NCBI GenBank assembly: GCA_026396205.1
Contig: JAPLXF010000058.1
Location: 1 to 39,207 of the forward strand
DNA: 39,207 nucleotides
Source of the DNA: Candidatus Moraniibacteriota bacterium
GTDB taxonomy: Bacteria > Patescibacteriota > Minisyncoccia > Moranbacterales > UBA2206
Reading direction: 5' to 3'
Shown here: positions 1 to 9,211 of the stretch, piece after piece
Position numbering within the stretch: position 1 is the stretch's first letter
How the letters are laid out: each line of letters starts with the position of its first letter
Position numbers and translations under genes: made by a program
Notes under the pieces: model-generated
The model's database searches: none
Seen by the model: the letters and a program-made list of their open reading frames with translations, nothing else
What the model was told of the DNA's origin: nothing

Positions 1-58
1 AAAGCCCGGCCGGCCCGGCGCCGATAATAATCAAATCAAAAAAATCTTTTTTAGCCAT
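1..58 (-). CDS. 5' fragment of an FAD/NAD(P)-binding oxidoreductase (thioredoxin-reductase-like); continues beyond the left edge
   Basis: Minus-strand ATG at 58..56, 3 nt after the dnaN stop. It reads MAKKDFFDLIIIGAGPAGL, a GxGxxG Rossmann start. Only 19 codons are visible, so the product is tentative. Confidence 0.45.
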   Translation of the reverse strand, partial: MAKKDFFDLIIIGAGPAGL

Positions 59-61
59 AAG

Positions 62-1210
62 TTAGCTCTTTATCGGCATTACGATGTAGACAAAATCGTC
101 CAGCACCTCGCCTTTTTGTTCATCGATTTCCTTGAGCGCCACCGGAGAAGTCCCGCTGTTGATTAAAAGGGCTATTTGGGAAGTAGCCATCACCGATAAG
201 CCGTCTAGAAGATATTTGGCGTTCAGAACCACTTCTTGGGATGGCCCCTGAATGTCGCCTTTGAGTTCTGAGGTGTTTTCACCCACTTCAACGCTTTTAG
301 CCTCGATAGTTATCAGCCCGCTCTCCTGTGAAGTTTTAACGGCAATCTCGCTGGTTTTTCCGGAAGTGAAAATAATAGCCATGCGGACTGCGCTTTGGAT
401 TTTTTCTTTGGAAACCACCGCTCGAGTTTGATAGTTTTTGGGCAAAATATGCTTGTATTCCGGGTATTTGCCGTTAATCAGGCGCGAAACTATTTTCGTG
501 CCATCTACCTCAAAAAAGATTTGTCCTTCTTCGATGGAGATTTTTACCTGGCTTTCCTCTTCACTGGGGATGATTCGGTTTAATTCCAGTAAAGTAGTCG
601 CAGGGATAATTACGCTTTCTTGTTTTTCAATTAAAGTTTTATAGAGATCTTTGGTTTTTTCCAAAGAAACTCGGTTTTCTGAAAGGCGAAAGCTGTCCGT
701 AGAGGCGAAGAAGAGTTCTTTTTCCTTTAAAATAAGATTAACTCCCGTTAATTCCGGCCGCGTTTCATTAATGGCTACCGAAGAAGATATTTTGGAAATA
801 ACCGCCTTAAGGGTTTCTCCAGACAGAGCAAGTTGAAAATCAACTTCTCTTTGGGGAATAAGCGGAAAATCAGAAGCGGGCAATCCCTTAATGACCGCCT
901 TTACCGATCCACTTTTTATTTTCAGATTTTGGTCGGCCGTCTCTAAAATTATATTTTCTCCCGGAGGCAGTGACCCAATAAAACTGCTGATTAATCTGGC
1001 CGGAATGGTAATTTTTCCGTCTTTTTCCACTTTGGCTCCAATCTTAGTTACCACGCCAATCTCCAAATTGGTGGCAGAGAGTTTTAAACCTCCTTTATCC
1101 GCTTCAAAAAGGATATTATTTAATATAGGTAAGGTGGTTTGCTTGGAAACTACTCGCTCGGTATTAAAAATAGCTTTTTTAAAATTTTCTTGGGTGCAAG
1201 TTATTTTCAT
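62..1210 (-). CDS. dnaN: DNA polymerase III beta sliding clamp
   Basis: 382-aa ORF. The N-terminus MKITCTQENFKKAI...TLPILNNILFEA and the three-domain length are typical of the beta clamp. It lies directly downstream of dnaA. Confidence 0.95.
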   Translation of the reverse strand: MKITCTQENFKKAIFNTERVVSKQTTLPILNNILFEADKGGLKLSATNLEIGVVTKIGAKVEKDGKITIPARLISSFIGSLPPGENIILETADQNLKIKSGSVKAVIKGLPASDFPLIPQREVDFQLALSGETLKAVISKISSSVAINETRPELTGVNLILKEKELFFASTDSFRLSENRVSLEKTKDLYKTLIEKQESVIIPATTLLELNRIIPSEEESQVKISIEEGQIFFEVDGTKIVSRLINGKYPEYKHILPKNYQTRAVVSKEKIQSAVRMAIIFTSGKTSEIAVKTSQESGLITIEAKSVEVGENTSELKGDIQGPSQEVVLNAKYLLDGLSVMATSQIALLINSGTSPVALKEIDEQKGEVLDDFVYIVMPIKS

Positions 1211-1468
1211 AAATTTATAATTAAATTATATTTATAAGTTTATTAATATATTTAGATAAATTAAATTTCTGTGGATAAGGTTATTTTTTGGCTTAAATAA
1301 GCTAAAATTTCAGTGGATAAAATAGGGATAACTCATAATTGGGGCTGTTGGGTTTTTAGTTAAAAAATAAATTATTTTTAAAATGGTTTTTATAACCCCC
1401 CACAACAACTGCACTTTCCACAACTTTCATAAGAGTTAAAAAGTAGCTTGTTAACAGTTAATCCACTC
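1211..1468. other. candidate oriC segment (dnaA-dnaN spacer with DnaA boxes and AT-rich unwinding tract)
   Basis: Perfect DnaA box tgtggataa at 1270..1278 and an 8/9 box agtggataa at 1312..1320. Weaker 7/9 matches lie at 1414..1422 and 1459..1467. Positions 1211..1260 are almost pure A/T. The position mirrors the Bacillus-type dnaA-dnaN origin segment. Confidence 0.6.
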
Positions 1469-2830
1469 TTAATTTATGGAATAAAGCCTTTCCTTGAGAA
1501 CGGCGATATCTTCGGATAACTTTTTATCAACTTCCAATTCTTTGGTAATTTTTTCAAAAGCGTGAATGGCGGTGGTATGGTCGCGTCCGCCCAGCCTTTC
1601 GCCGATGCCCGGATAAGAATAATTAAGTTCGCTGCGCATTAAAAACATGGCAATTTGCCGCGGCTTAACCACTTCCTTTTTTCTGCCCTTAACCAATAAA
1701 TCTTCCTGTTCAATATCATAAAATTCTGAAACCACCCTGATAATGTGTTTATGGGTAATGCCTTTTCTTTTGCCGCTGGAAACCAAGTCGGCTAAGGCGG
1801 AAAGAGCAAAATCGCCAGTGATCTCCTGGTTGGAAAGCTGGGCCGTGGCCTCCAGCCGATTGAGCGCGCCTTCCAGCTCCCGAATGTTGGCTGTGATGTT
1901 GGTCGCGATAAATTCCAAGGCTTCTTCGTCGATTTGAATGCCTTCTTCCAGCGCTTTGCGGCGCAAAATAGCCAAGCGGGTTTCATAATCCGGCCGGGAA
2001 ACATCGGCAATCATGCCTCCTTCAAAGCGCGATCGGAGCCTTTCTTCCAATGTAGGAATGGCTTTCGGCGGGCGATCGCTGCTTAAAACAATCTGCTTGT
2101 TAAGTTGGTAAAGATAATTGAAAATATGAAAAAATTCTTCTTGAGTTTTTTCTTTGCCGGAAAGAAATTGAATATCATCAATAATAAGTAAATCAAAAGT
2201 CTGATAAAATTCCTTAAAGGCGTTTATTTTTCCCGATTGAAGAGCAACAATCAAATCATTGGTAAACCGTTCGGAAGTTAAATAGCGCACTTTCAATCCG
2301 GAATCGCGTCGTAAAATTTCATTGCCGATTGATTGCAAGAGATGGGTTTTGCCCAGCCCCACTCCGCCATAAATGAAAAGCGGATTATAAAGCCGGCCCA
2401 AGCTTTGGGAAACGGCGAAACAAGCGGCGCGGGCCAGTTCATTGCTGCTACCAACCACAAAACTTTCAAAAGTGTAGCGGGGGTTTAAGTTGCTTTCTTG
2501 GCTTATTTTGGCTTGTTTCTGGGAAAGTTGGGTTTTCGGATGAGAAATGGCGTCTACGATCGGCTTGTGCAAGCCCCGTTCCTGAGTGGCGGTAATGGTG
2601 CAGACTACTTCTCTAATTTCATTGTGCAAATTACGCAGCGCCCGCAGAATATAAAGTTTGTATTTATTTTCCAGCCACTCCTTGGCAAATCCATTGGGGA
2701 CGCTGATAACTACCTGTCCATCTTTAATGGATAAAATAGAAGTGTTTTTGAACCAAGTAATAAAATTAGCCTTGGAAATAGAAAGCTCTATTTCTCCCAG
2801 AGCGGCTTGCCAAAGTTCTTCGTTAGTCAT
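1469..2830 (-). CDS. dnaA: chromosomal replication initiator DnaA
   Basis: The ORF track starts at 2959, but the conserved N-terminus begins at MTNEELWQAALGEIE (ATG 2830..2828). Motifs seen: Walker A GGVGLGKTHLL, Walker B LLIIDDIQF, SDRPP box, and C-terminal DNA-binding motif GGRDHTTAIHA. Confidence 0.95.
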   Translation of the reverse strand: MTNEELWQAALGEIELSISKANFITWFKNTSILSIKDGQVVISVPNGFAKEWLENKYKLYILRALRNLHNEIREVVCTITATQERGLHKPIVDAISHPKTQLSQKQAKISQESNLNPRYTFESFVVGSSNELARAACFAVSQSLGRLYNPLFIYGGVGLGKTHLLQSIGNEILRRDSGLKVRYLTSERFTNDLIVALQSGKINAFKEFYQTFDLLIIDDIQFLSGKEKTQEEFFHIFNYLYQLNKQIVLSSDRPPKAIPTLEERLRSRFEGGMIADVSRPDYETRLAILRRKALEEGIQIDEEALEFIATNITANIRELEGALNRLEATAQLSNQEITGDFALSALADLVSSGKRKGITHKHIIRVVSEFYDIEQEDLLVKGRKKEVVKPRQIAMFLMRSELNYSYPGIGERLGGRDHTTAIHAFEKITKELEVDKKLSEDIAVLKERLYSIN

Positions 2831-2976
2831 AAATAATAATAGAAATAATTGCGCTTTGAAAGTATAGCACAAAGCCAAAAAAGAAAAGGCAGAGAAAGCT
2901 GGAGAACTTGTTGATAAATTGTGGATCTCTGTATTAAGATTATATACTACACCTGCCATGAGTACGCAAGCGGCAA

Positions 2977-3005
2977 TTGACTTTTAGCTCTCCCGTTGGT
3001 AAGAT
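2977..3005 (+). promoter_or_regulatory. sigma70-like promoter for rpmH operon
   Basis: TTGACT (2977..2982), 17-nt spacer, TAAGAT (3000..3005), about 35 nt upstream of the rpmH ATG. An imperfect DnaA box (tgtggatct, 2920..2928) lies in the same spacer. Confidence 0.4.
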
Positions 3006-3040
3006 TTTAAATAGTAATTTAAACAGCTAACCAGAAAACT

Positions 3041-3178
3041 ATGAGTCAAACCTATAAGCCTAAGCGTCTGCGCCGCAAGCGCCGGCATGGCTTTTTAAAG
3101 CGAAAAAGAACCAGCAACGGCAGAAATGTGCTGGCTCGGCGGAGAAAAAAAGGCCGAAGGAATCTAACGACCGTTTAA
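3041..3178 (+). CDS. rpmH: 50S ribosomal protein L34
   Basis: Too short for the ORF track (45 aa): [45 protein letters not shown]. It has an Arg/Lys-rich L34 signature and sits immediately upstream of rnpA. Confidence 0.9.
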   Translation: MSQTYKPKRLRRKRRHGFLKRKRTSNGRNVLARRRKKGRRNLTTV

Positions 3179-3180
3179 CT

Positions 3181-3528
3181 ATGCTCCCGTTCAATAATCG
3201 ACTAACCAAAAGAAAAGATTTTGCGCCCGTCCAGCGGCGCGGGCAGTTTTTTGCGCATGAGAATGTTATGCTGAAAATGGCAGCTAACGGAAAAGAGGAA
3301 AGCCGCATCGGCTTTATTGTTGGCATGGCCTTTTCCAAGTTGGCGGTTAAAAGAAATCAAACCAAGCGCCAGTTGAGGGAAATAATCCGCGGCCGGCTTA
3401 AAGAAATTAAAAAAGGCTTGGACATTGTGATTACCGTTCGCAAAAGACCGGACGAACGAGTGGATGCGAAAAAGCTAGCGGCGGATATCGAAATCGTGCT
3501 GAAAAAAAGCGGTTTAATTAAAATTTAA
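3181..3528 (+). CDS. rnpA: RNase P protein component
   Basis: 115-aa basic protein with the RNR-type motif KLAVKRNQTKRQLRE. The rpmH-rnpA-yidC-jag synteny is canonical. Confidence 0.9.
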   Translation: MLPFNNRLTKRKDFAPVQRRGQFFAHENVMLKMAANGKEESRIGFIVGMAFSKLAVKRNQTKRQLREIIRGRLKEIKKGLDIVITVRKRPDERVDAKKLAADIEIVLKKSGLIKI

Positions 3529-3539
3529 AAATAAAAAAA

Positions 3540-4307
3540 ATGGGATTTATTTTTAACGAGTTTGTTTATTACCCGATTTACAATTTGCTTATTTTTACCT
3601 ATAATATTTTGCCTTGGGCGGATTTCGGCGTGGCGATTATTGTTGTTACTATCGTCATAAAAATGCTGTTGATTCCGGTGAGCAAAAAACAAATTGAATC
3701 CCAGAAAAAAATGACGGAGCTGCAGCCGAAAATAAAAGAAATGCAACAGAAATACAAAAACGATAAAGAAAAGCAAAGCCGGGCGCTGATGGATCTTTAT
3801 AAAGAACATAAAACCAATCCTTTTTCCGGCTGTCTGCCGATGATTGTCCAGCTGGTTTTCCTAATTGCCATTTACCGGGTGCTGTTTAATATTTCCAAAA
3901 CCGGCTTAATGATTGATGGCACCGGTCTTTATGCTTTTGTTAAAAATCCCGGACAAATTAATCCGAATTTTTTGGGAATTATTGATTTGTCATCAGCTTT
4001 GAAAATTACCAGCTTGGCTATTAAAGATGTCCCCCATCTAATATTGGTGGCGCTGGCGGCTTTTTCCCAATATGTCCAAAGCAAAATGATGATGGCCAAA
4101 AAGGAAAAAGAAACGCCCAAAACGGAAAATAGTAAGGAAGATTTCGCGCAAATTATGTCCAAGCAAATGCTTTTTCTCGGACCACTGCTGACGCTTTATA
4201 TCGGCATCCAATTCCCCGCCGGGCTGGCGCTTTACTGGCTGGTTTCCACGGTCTTTATGATTGTCCAGCAATACCAATTGGGAAAAGAAATTAAAAAAAC
4301 TGCTTAA
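3540..4307 (+). CDS. yidC: membrane protein insertase YidC/Oxa1 (short form)
   Basis: 255 aa with about 5 TM segments. A charged coiled region follows TM1, and PAGLALYW lies near the C-terminus. It follows rnpA. Confidence 0.9.
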   Translation: MGFIFNEFVYYPIYNLLIFTYNILPWADFGVAIIVVTIVIKMLLIPVSKKQIESQKKMTELQPKIKEMQQKYKNDKEKQSRALMDLYKEHKTNPFSGCLPMIVQLVFLIAIYRVLFNISKTGLMIDGTGLYAFVKNPGQINPNFLGIIDLSSALKITSLAIKDVPHLILVALAAFSQYVQSKMMMAKKEKETPKTENSKEDFAQIMSKQMLFLGPLLTLYIGIQFPAGLALYWLVSTVFMIVQQYQLGKEIKKTA

Positions 4308-4316
4308 TAAAAATTT

Positions 4317-4787
4317 ATGGAAGCTATCGAAAAAACAATTCAGGAAATAGTGCAAAATATCGTTGAAGCTATGGGCTTTCCATGTCAAGTGGAAATAAAA
4401 AACCAAACGCTTAACGGTGCGGAGACCTTGGTTTTCAATATTATTACCCCGGAACCCAGCTTTTTAATCGGCCAATACGGAATTAATCTGCAATCCCTCC
4501 AGCATCTGTTGCGGATCTTGGTCAAACATAAAACCGATCAAAAAATCGGGTTCATTATCGATGCGAATTCCTATCGGGAAGAAAAAAACAGCTCGCTGGA
4601 AAGGCTGGCTAGAAGCTTGGCGGAAGAAGCAGTGCGGGAAAATAGAGAAATTATTCTGCGCCCCATGTCTTCCTATGAACGGAGAATCGTGCATATGGAA
4701 TTGGTTAAAAATACCGAAGTGGTGACGGAAAGTATCGGCGAAAATGACGATCGACGAGTAGTAATTAAACCAGCAAGACTGGTTTAA
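4317..4787 (+). CDS. jag: Jag/KhpB-type RNA-binding protein (KH + R3H)
   Basis: 156 aa with the C-terminal R3H motif (SYERRIVHMEL). It follows yidC, as in many bacteria. Confidence 0.85.
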   Translation: MEAIEKTIQEIVQNIVEAMGFPCQVEIKNQTLNGAETLVFNIITPEPSFLIGQYGINLQSLQHLLRILVKHKTDQKIGFIIDANSYREEKNSSLERLARSLAEEAVRENREIILRPMSSYERRIVHMELVKNTEVVTESIGENDDRRVVIKPARLV

Positions 4788-4837
4788 AATTTCCAAATAT
4801 TTAAAATATTTTTAGAAATTAGAAATTGCCAGTAAAG

Positions 4838-4864
4838 CCCCGTGGGCCACTGGCCTTTACGGGG
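4838..4864. repeat. CCCCGTGG...TTTACGGGG hairpin element, copy 1 of 3
   Basis: The sequence is ccccgtgggccactggcctttacgggg. The outer stem ccccgt/acgggg and an inner stem gggcc/ggcc differ from the inner stem of copies at 20542 and 20941 but still pair. It is flanked by agaaatt word repeats. Confidence 0.6.
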
Positions 4865-4877
4865 GAAATTCCAAGAT

Positions 4878-6320
4878 ATGGCTATTGCCAGAAAAATCGC
4901 CTATAACGTTTTTATCAGCAGCACCGCCAAAGTGCTGTCTACGATTTTGGCTTTGGTTTCCATCGGCTTTATTACCCGCTATTTGGGCAAGGAAGGTTTT
5001 GGCAATTACGCGACCGTGCTGGCTTTTTTCTCCTTTTTTACTGCCTTTTCCGATCTGGGGCTGTATCATATTTCTACGCGGGAAATTTCCCGCATTGGCG
5101 CTGCCGAGGAGAAAATTATGGGCAATATTTTTTCGCTGCGGATAATTTCTTCGCTGCTGATGCTGATAATTGCTCCCTTTTTATTGCTCGTTTTTTCTTA
5201 TCCGCCGGAAGTGGAGCGTGGAATTATAATTGCCGCCGCCGCCTTTCTTTTTTCCTCCGGCTACCAGGTGCTGAACGGCGTTTTTCAGAAAAATTTGGCG
5301 ATGGACAAAGTAGCCATCAGCGAACTGATCGGCAAAGTCATTCAAGTAGCGGTGGTCGTGGCCGCGGTGAAGCTTAATCTGGGCTTTGACTGGATTATGT
5401 CTTCCCTGCTTTTCTACATGGTTGTTACCTTTTCCATCGTGTTTATTTGGTCGCGAAAATATACCCGCTTTAAAATGCATTTTGATTTTGCCTATTGGAA
5501 AGAATTTCTCAAGGAATCCATCCCGATGGGCATCGCCACCATTATCACTTTTCTCTATTTTAAAATGGATACCATTTTGCTTTCGGTTATGCGCGGCAGC
5601 GCCGATGTAGGGATTTACAATGCCGCCTATAAGGTGCTGGAGAATATCACTTTTTTTCCGGCCATGGTGGCCGGACTGGTTATGCCCATTATGTCCGCCA
5701 GTATTTTTGCCAACCGAAAAAATTTCGAGGAAATTTCCAATAAGACCTTTAAATTTTTTGTTATTTTAATCGTGCCGATAGTTGTCGGCACCCTGTTTCT
5801 GGCCGAAGGCATAATCAATCTGATCGGCGGAGCCGGCTTTGCCGAATCGGCCAATATCCTGCGCATCATTATGTTTTCCTTGGCCTTTATCTTTTTTGGC
5901 AATTTTTTCAATACCATTTTAATCGTCGGAAATTTGCAGAAAAAACTGATGTTCGTTCTGGCTTTGGCGGCCATAATTAACATCAGCCTTAATCTGATTT
6001 TTATTCCCCGGTTTTCCTATACGGCCGCTGCTTATGTTTCGGTAATTACCGAAATGGCCGTAGTGGCCCTAACTGCCTATCTGGTAATTAAAAAAATCAA
6101 ATATATTCCCAAGCTGGAGAAAATTCCCGGAGTGCTGATGGGCGGACTTTTTATGGCGGCCTTTCTCTATGTTTTCCGGGAATTTAATTTTTTCTTTTTG
6201 GCGCTGGGCAGCGCGGCGGTCTATTTTCTGCTTCTCTGGGCATTTAGAGTTATCCAAACCTCGGAAATTATAAGCCTTATCAGCAAGAAAGGAGTGGAAG
6301 AATATGAAACACTGCCCTAA
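4878..6320 (+). CDS. polysaccharide/oligosaccharide flippase (Wzx/MOP superfamily)
   Basis: About 480 aa with 12-14 TM helices and a typical MOP-flippase N-terminus. The preferred start is ATG 4878 (MAIARKIAYN). The ORF-track start at 4842 is a GTG inside the hairpin repeat. Confidence 0.8.
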   Translation: MAIARKIAYNVFISSTAKVLSTILALVSIGFITRYLGKEGFGNYATVLAFFSFFTAFSDLGLYHISTREISRIGAAEEKIMGNIFSLRIISSLLMLIIAPFLLLVFSYPPEVERGIIIAAAAFLFSSGYQVLNGVFQKNLAMDKVAISELIGKVIQVAVVVAAVKLNLGFDWIMSSLLFYMVVTFSIVFIWSRKYTRFKMHFDFAYWKEFLKESIPMGIATIITFLYFKMDTILLSVMRGSADVGIYNAAYKVLENITFFPAMVAGLVMPIMSASIFANRKNFEEISNKTFKFFVILIVPIVVGTLFLAEGIINLIGGAGFAESANILRIIMFSLAFIFFGNFFNTILIVGNLQKKLMFVLALAAIINISLNLIFIPRFSYTAAAYVSVITEMAVVALTAYLVIKKIKYIPKLEKIPGVLMGGLFMAAFLYVFREFNFFFLALGSAAVYFLLLWAFRVIQTSEIISLISKKGVEEYETLP

Positions 6321-7170
6321 AGTCTTTACTATTATTCTTAATTATAACGGGAAGCAAGTAATAAAACCCTGCCTTTCCAGTGTTTTTAAAATTGATTATC
6401 CCAACTTTGAGGTGGTGGTAGTGGATAATAATTCTAAAGACGGCTCTTTGGAAATGGCCAAATCCGATTTTTCCAAAGCCCATTTTATCCAGAACCTGGA
6501 AAATTTGGGATTCGCGTCCGGCAATAATGTAGGTATCCGCTTTGCGCTGGAACGGACAGCCGAATATATTTTATTGCTGAACAACGACACGGAAGTCGAA
6601 AAAGATTTTTTAAAAAATTTAATCGAAGCGGCGGAGCTGGATAAAAACGCCGGCCTTTTAAGCCCGGTGATTTTTAATAAAATAAACCATAAAATCTGGT
6701 TTTCCGGAGGAAGAATTGACTGGCTTAGGATGCGCACCGAGCACTTTTTCAATTCGCGCACCGAAGATTCTTACGCTACGGGCTATGTCAGCGGCTGTGC
6801 CATGCTGGTGAAAGCCGAAGTTTTCAAGAAAATCGGGCTGCTGGACGAAGATTATTTTCTCTACTGGGAAGACGCCGATTTTAGCTGGCGGGCGCGCCAA
6901 GCCGGTTTTAAAAACAGGGTAGTTTCCTCCAGCTGGGCTTATCATACAGAGCAAAGCGCTGACAAAAAAGAACCCAAAATTTATTGGCTGGTGGTTTCCG
7001 GATTGATTTTTTTCAAAAAAAACACTCCTTTGTTTCTGCGGCCTTGGATAATTGGCTACACTCTTTTGCGAAGATTAAAAAATCAAATAGATGTTATTTT
7101 CCGGCGCGATCAGACGGTGCTGGCGGTAAAAAAGGCTTATCAAGATTTTTCCCATGCCAAATTTTTCTAA
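6304..7170 (+). CDS. family 2 glycosyltransferase (GT-A fold)
   Basis: Motifs FTIILNYNG, VVVVDNNSKDGS, NLGFASGNN and DEDYFLYWEDADFSWR. It overlaps the flippase end by 17 nt. Confidence 0.85.
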   Translation: MKHCPKVFTIILNYNGKQVIKPCLSSVFKIDYPNFEVVVVDNNSKDGSLEMAKSDFSKAHFIQNLENLGFASGNNVGIRFALERTAEYILLLNNDTEVEKDFLKNLIEAAELDKNAGLLSPVIFNKINHKIWFSGGRIDWLRMRTEHFFNSRTEDSYATGYVSGCAMLVKAEVFKKIGLLDEDYFLYWEDADFSWRARQAGFKNRVVSSSWAYHTEQSADKKEPKIYWLVVSGLIFFKKNTPLFLRPWIIGYTLLRRLKNQIDVIFRRDQTVLAVKKAYQDFSHAKFF

Positions 7171-7945
7171 AAAACTTTCAGTTGTTATTGTCAACTTCAA
7201 TAGCGCAGACTATCTGGAGAGATGTTTGGCGTCTGTTTTTAAAAATGTCACCAATTGTCCCGACTCTGAAGTGTTGGTGATTGATAATTCCGATGAATTA
7301 AGTTTGGAAAAACTTAGCCGGCCATATAAAATAAGCTTAATTAAGCCGGAAAAAAATATCGGTTTTGGTTCGGCGGCTAATTTAGGCGCACGAAATACCC
7401 ATGGCGAAATTTTGCTATTTTTAAATCCGGACACGGAAGTGCCGCCGGATTTTTTTTCCAAAGCGCTGGCGATTTTCCAAAAGCGGCCGGATATCGCCGT
7501 GCTGGGCCCGAAAATATTGGACGAAAACGGGAAAACTCAAGAATGGTCAGTGGGCCGGGAAGTCAATTTCTGGGATTTAATCGGCAATAATTTGGGCTTT
7601 ATCCGCAGCCAAAAAATTTGGGCCAGCGGCAAAAATCAAAAAGTGGATTGGGTGAGCGGAGCTTCCTTATTTATCCGCCGGGAGGCTTTTGATTCTGTCG
7701 GCGGATTTGATGAAAATTTATTTCTCTATTTTGAGGATATTGATCTTTGCCGGAGAGTCAGGCGAAAAAAAGGCAAAGTCGCCTATTTTCCCAGAATTTC
7801 AGTGAGGCATAAAGGCGGCCGGAGCTTTTCCAGCCGGGAAGCGCAAAAAAAATATTATTATACTTCGCAAGACCACTATTTTAAAAAGCACTTCGGCGCC
7901 AGAATAGCTTCTTGGGTGCGCTTCTTGCGGAAGTCTTTCGGATAG
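7154..7945 (+). CDS. family 2 glycosyltransferase (GT-A fold)
   Basis: Motifs SVVIVNFNS, VLVIDNSDE, NIGFGSAAN and FDENLFLYFEDIDLCRR. It overlaps the previous GT2 by 17 nt. Confidence 0.85.
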   Translation: MPNFSKKLSVVIVNFNSADYLERCLASVFKNVTNCPDSEVLVIDNSDELSLEKLSRPYKISLIKPEKNIGFGSAANLGARNTHGEILLFLNPDTEVPPDFFSKALAIFQKRPDIAVLGPKILDENGKTQEWSVGREVNFWDLIGNNLGFIRSQKIWASGKNQKVDWVSGASLFIRREAFDSVGGFDENLFLYFEDIDLCRRVRRKKGKVAYFPRISVRHKGGRSFSSREAQKKYYYTSQDHYFKKHFGARIASWVRFLRKSFG

Positions 7946-7951
7946 TGTTAT

Positions 7952-9211
7952 ATGGTAGATATGTTCAAATGGCTGATTATACTGGCAATCTATCTGCCCT
8001 TCCAATTGGCGCTCAATCCCGGTGCAGGCGTTGATTTGGCGTCCCTGCGGGTTTTAATACCTCTTTTTTTTCTTGTTTGGCTGGCGCAAGGATTGTTGAG
8101 AAAAAAAATTAGTTTGCCCAGAAATATCCAGACGATTTTAATTTTATCTTTTCTTTTTTTAAATGCCCTGTCTATTTTAGTTTCCCGCAATACCGATTGG
8201 TCAATCCGAAAACTACTTTTTCTTTTTTCGCTTTTCCCCGTTTATTTTGTAGCCGGCGCGGTAATCAATTCCAAAGAAAAAGCGGAAAAAATAATCCAAG
8301 CGCTAATTGACAGCGGAATGGTCGTGGCGCTTATGGGAATTATTCAATTTTCTCTCCAATTTATAATCGGCTGGGAAAAAATATATCAATTCTGGTCGGA
8401 TTATTTAGTTATCCCATTTTTAGGACGCAGTTTTGGCACGGCGGTCTTGAAAAATCCCAGCTGGCTGGTGAATATCTCCGGCCAGACCATTTTGCGGGCG
8501 ACGGCGGTTTTCCCCGACCCGCATATGTTTTCTTTTTATCTGGGATTATTAATTCCTCTGGCTTTGGGAATGTTTCTGGCGAGAAAAAAAGCGTGGTTAC
8601 TCGCCGGATTTATTTTGATGCTGGCGGCGGATATTTTGACCTTTTCCCGCGGCGGCTATTTGGGTTTAGCGGCCGGCTTTATTTTTTTGATAGTTCTTTT
8701 TTGGAAGAAAATAAGTAAAAATTATAAAATAGCGGTAATTATTAGCGCCAGCCTGATTTTTCTCGGAGTAATAATTCCCAACCCCGTTTCCAATCGGTTT
8801 TTCTCCAGCTTTAATCTCAAAGAAGGTTCCAACCAAGGCCGACTAAAAATGTGGAAAGCAGCCGAAACAGTAATTTTAGATAATCCTCTTTTGGGCGTTG
8901 GCATCGGCAACTATCCCTTGGAAGTAAAACCCAGCGCCGACTATCGGGAGCCGATATATGCCCACAATACCTATTTGGATATTGCCGCCGAAAGCGGAAT
9001 AATCAATGGCGCAATTTGGATAGGATTGCTTTTATCGACTATAATAAGTTTTTGGCGCCGAAAAGATATGATTTTTTCAATGATGGCTGTCGGTTTGATT
9101 ATTTTTTCCGTTCATTCGCTGGTGGAAACCGGAATTTATTCGCCGACAGTTTTAACATTGCTCTTAATTTTAATCAGCTTCAGCGCAATTAAAAATGAAA
9201 AAGCGGCTTAA
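7952..9211 (+). CDS. O-antigen ligase/polymerase-like (Wzy_C) membrane protein
   Basis: 419 aa and polytopic. Motifs: SRGGYLG, a large loop with GVGIGNYP, and YAHNTYLDIAAESG. Confidence 0.75.
   Translation: MVDMFKWLIILAIYLPFQLALNPGAGVDLASLRVLIPLFFLVWLAQGLLRKKISLPRNIQTILILSFLFLNALSILVSRNTDWSIRKLLFLFSLFPVYFVAGAVINSKEKAEKIIQALIDSGMVVALMGIIQFSLQFIIGWEKIYQFWSDYLVIPFLGRSFGTAVLKNPSWLVNISGQTILRATAVFPDPHMFSFYLGLLIPLALGMFLARKKAWLLAGFILMLAADILTFSRGGYLGLAAGFIFLIVLFWKKISKNYKIAVIISASLIFLGVIIPNPVSNRFFSSFNLKEGSNQGRLKMWKAAETVILDNPLLGVGIGNYPLEVKPSADYREPIYAHNTYLDIAAESGIINGAIWIGLLLSTIISFWRRKDMIFSMMAVGLIIFSVHSLVETGIYSPTVLTLLLILISFSAIKNEKAA

Noticed and set aside
2831-2959. 43-codon N-terminal extension of dnaA given in the ORF track.
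   Set aside because: The extension is hydrophobic nonsense (..FSAFSFLALCYTFKAQLFLLLF). The conserved DnaA N-terminus starts at the internal ATG 2830, and the extension would consume the promoter region.
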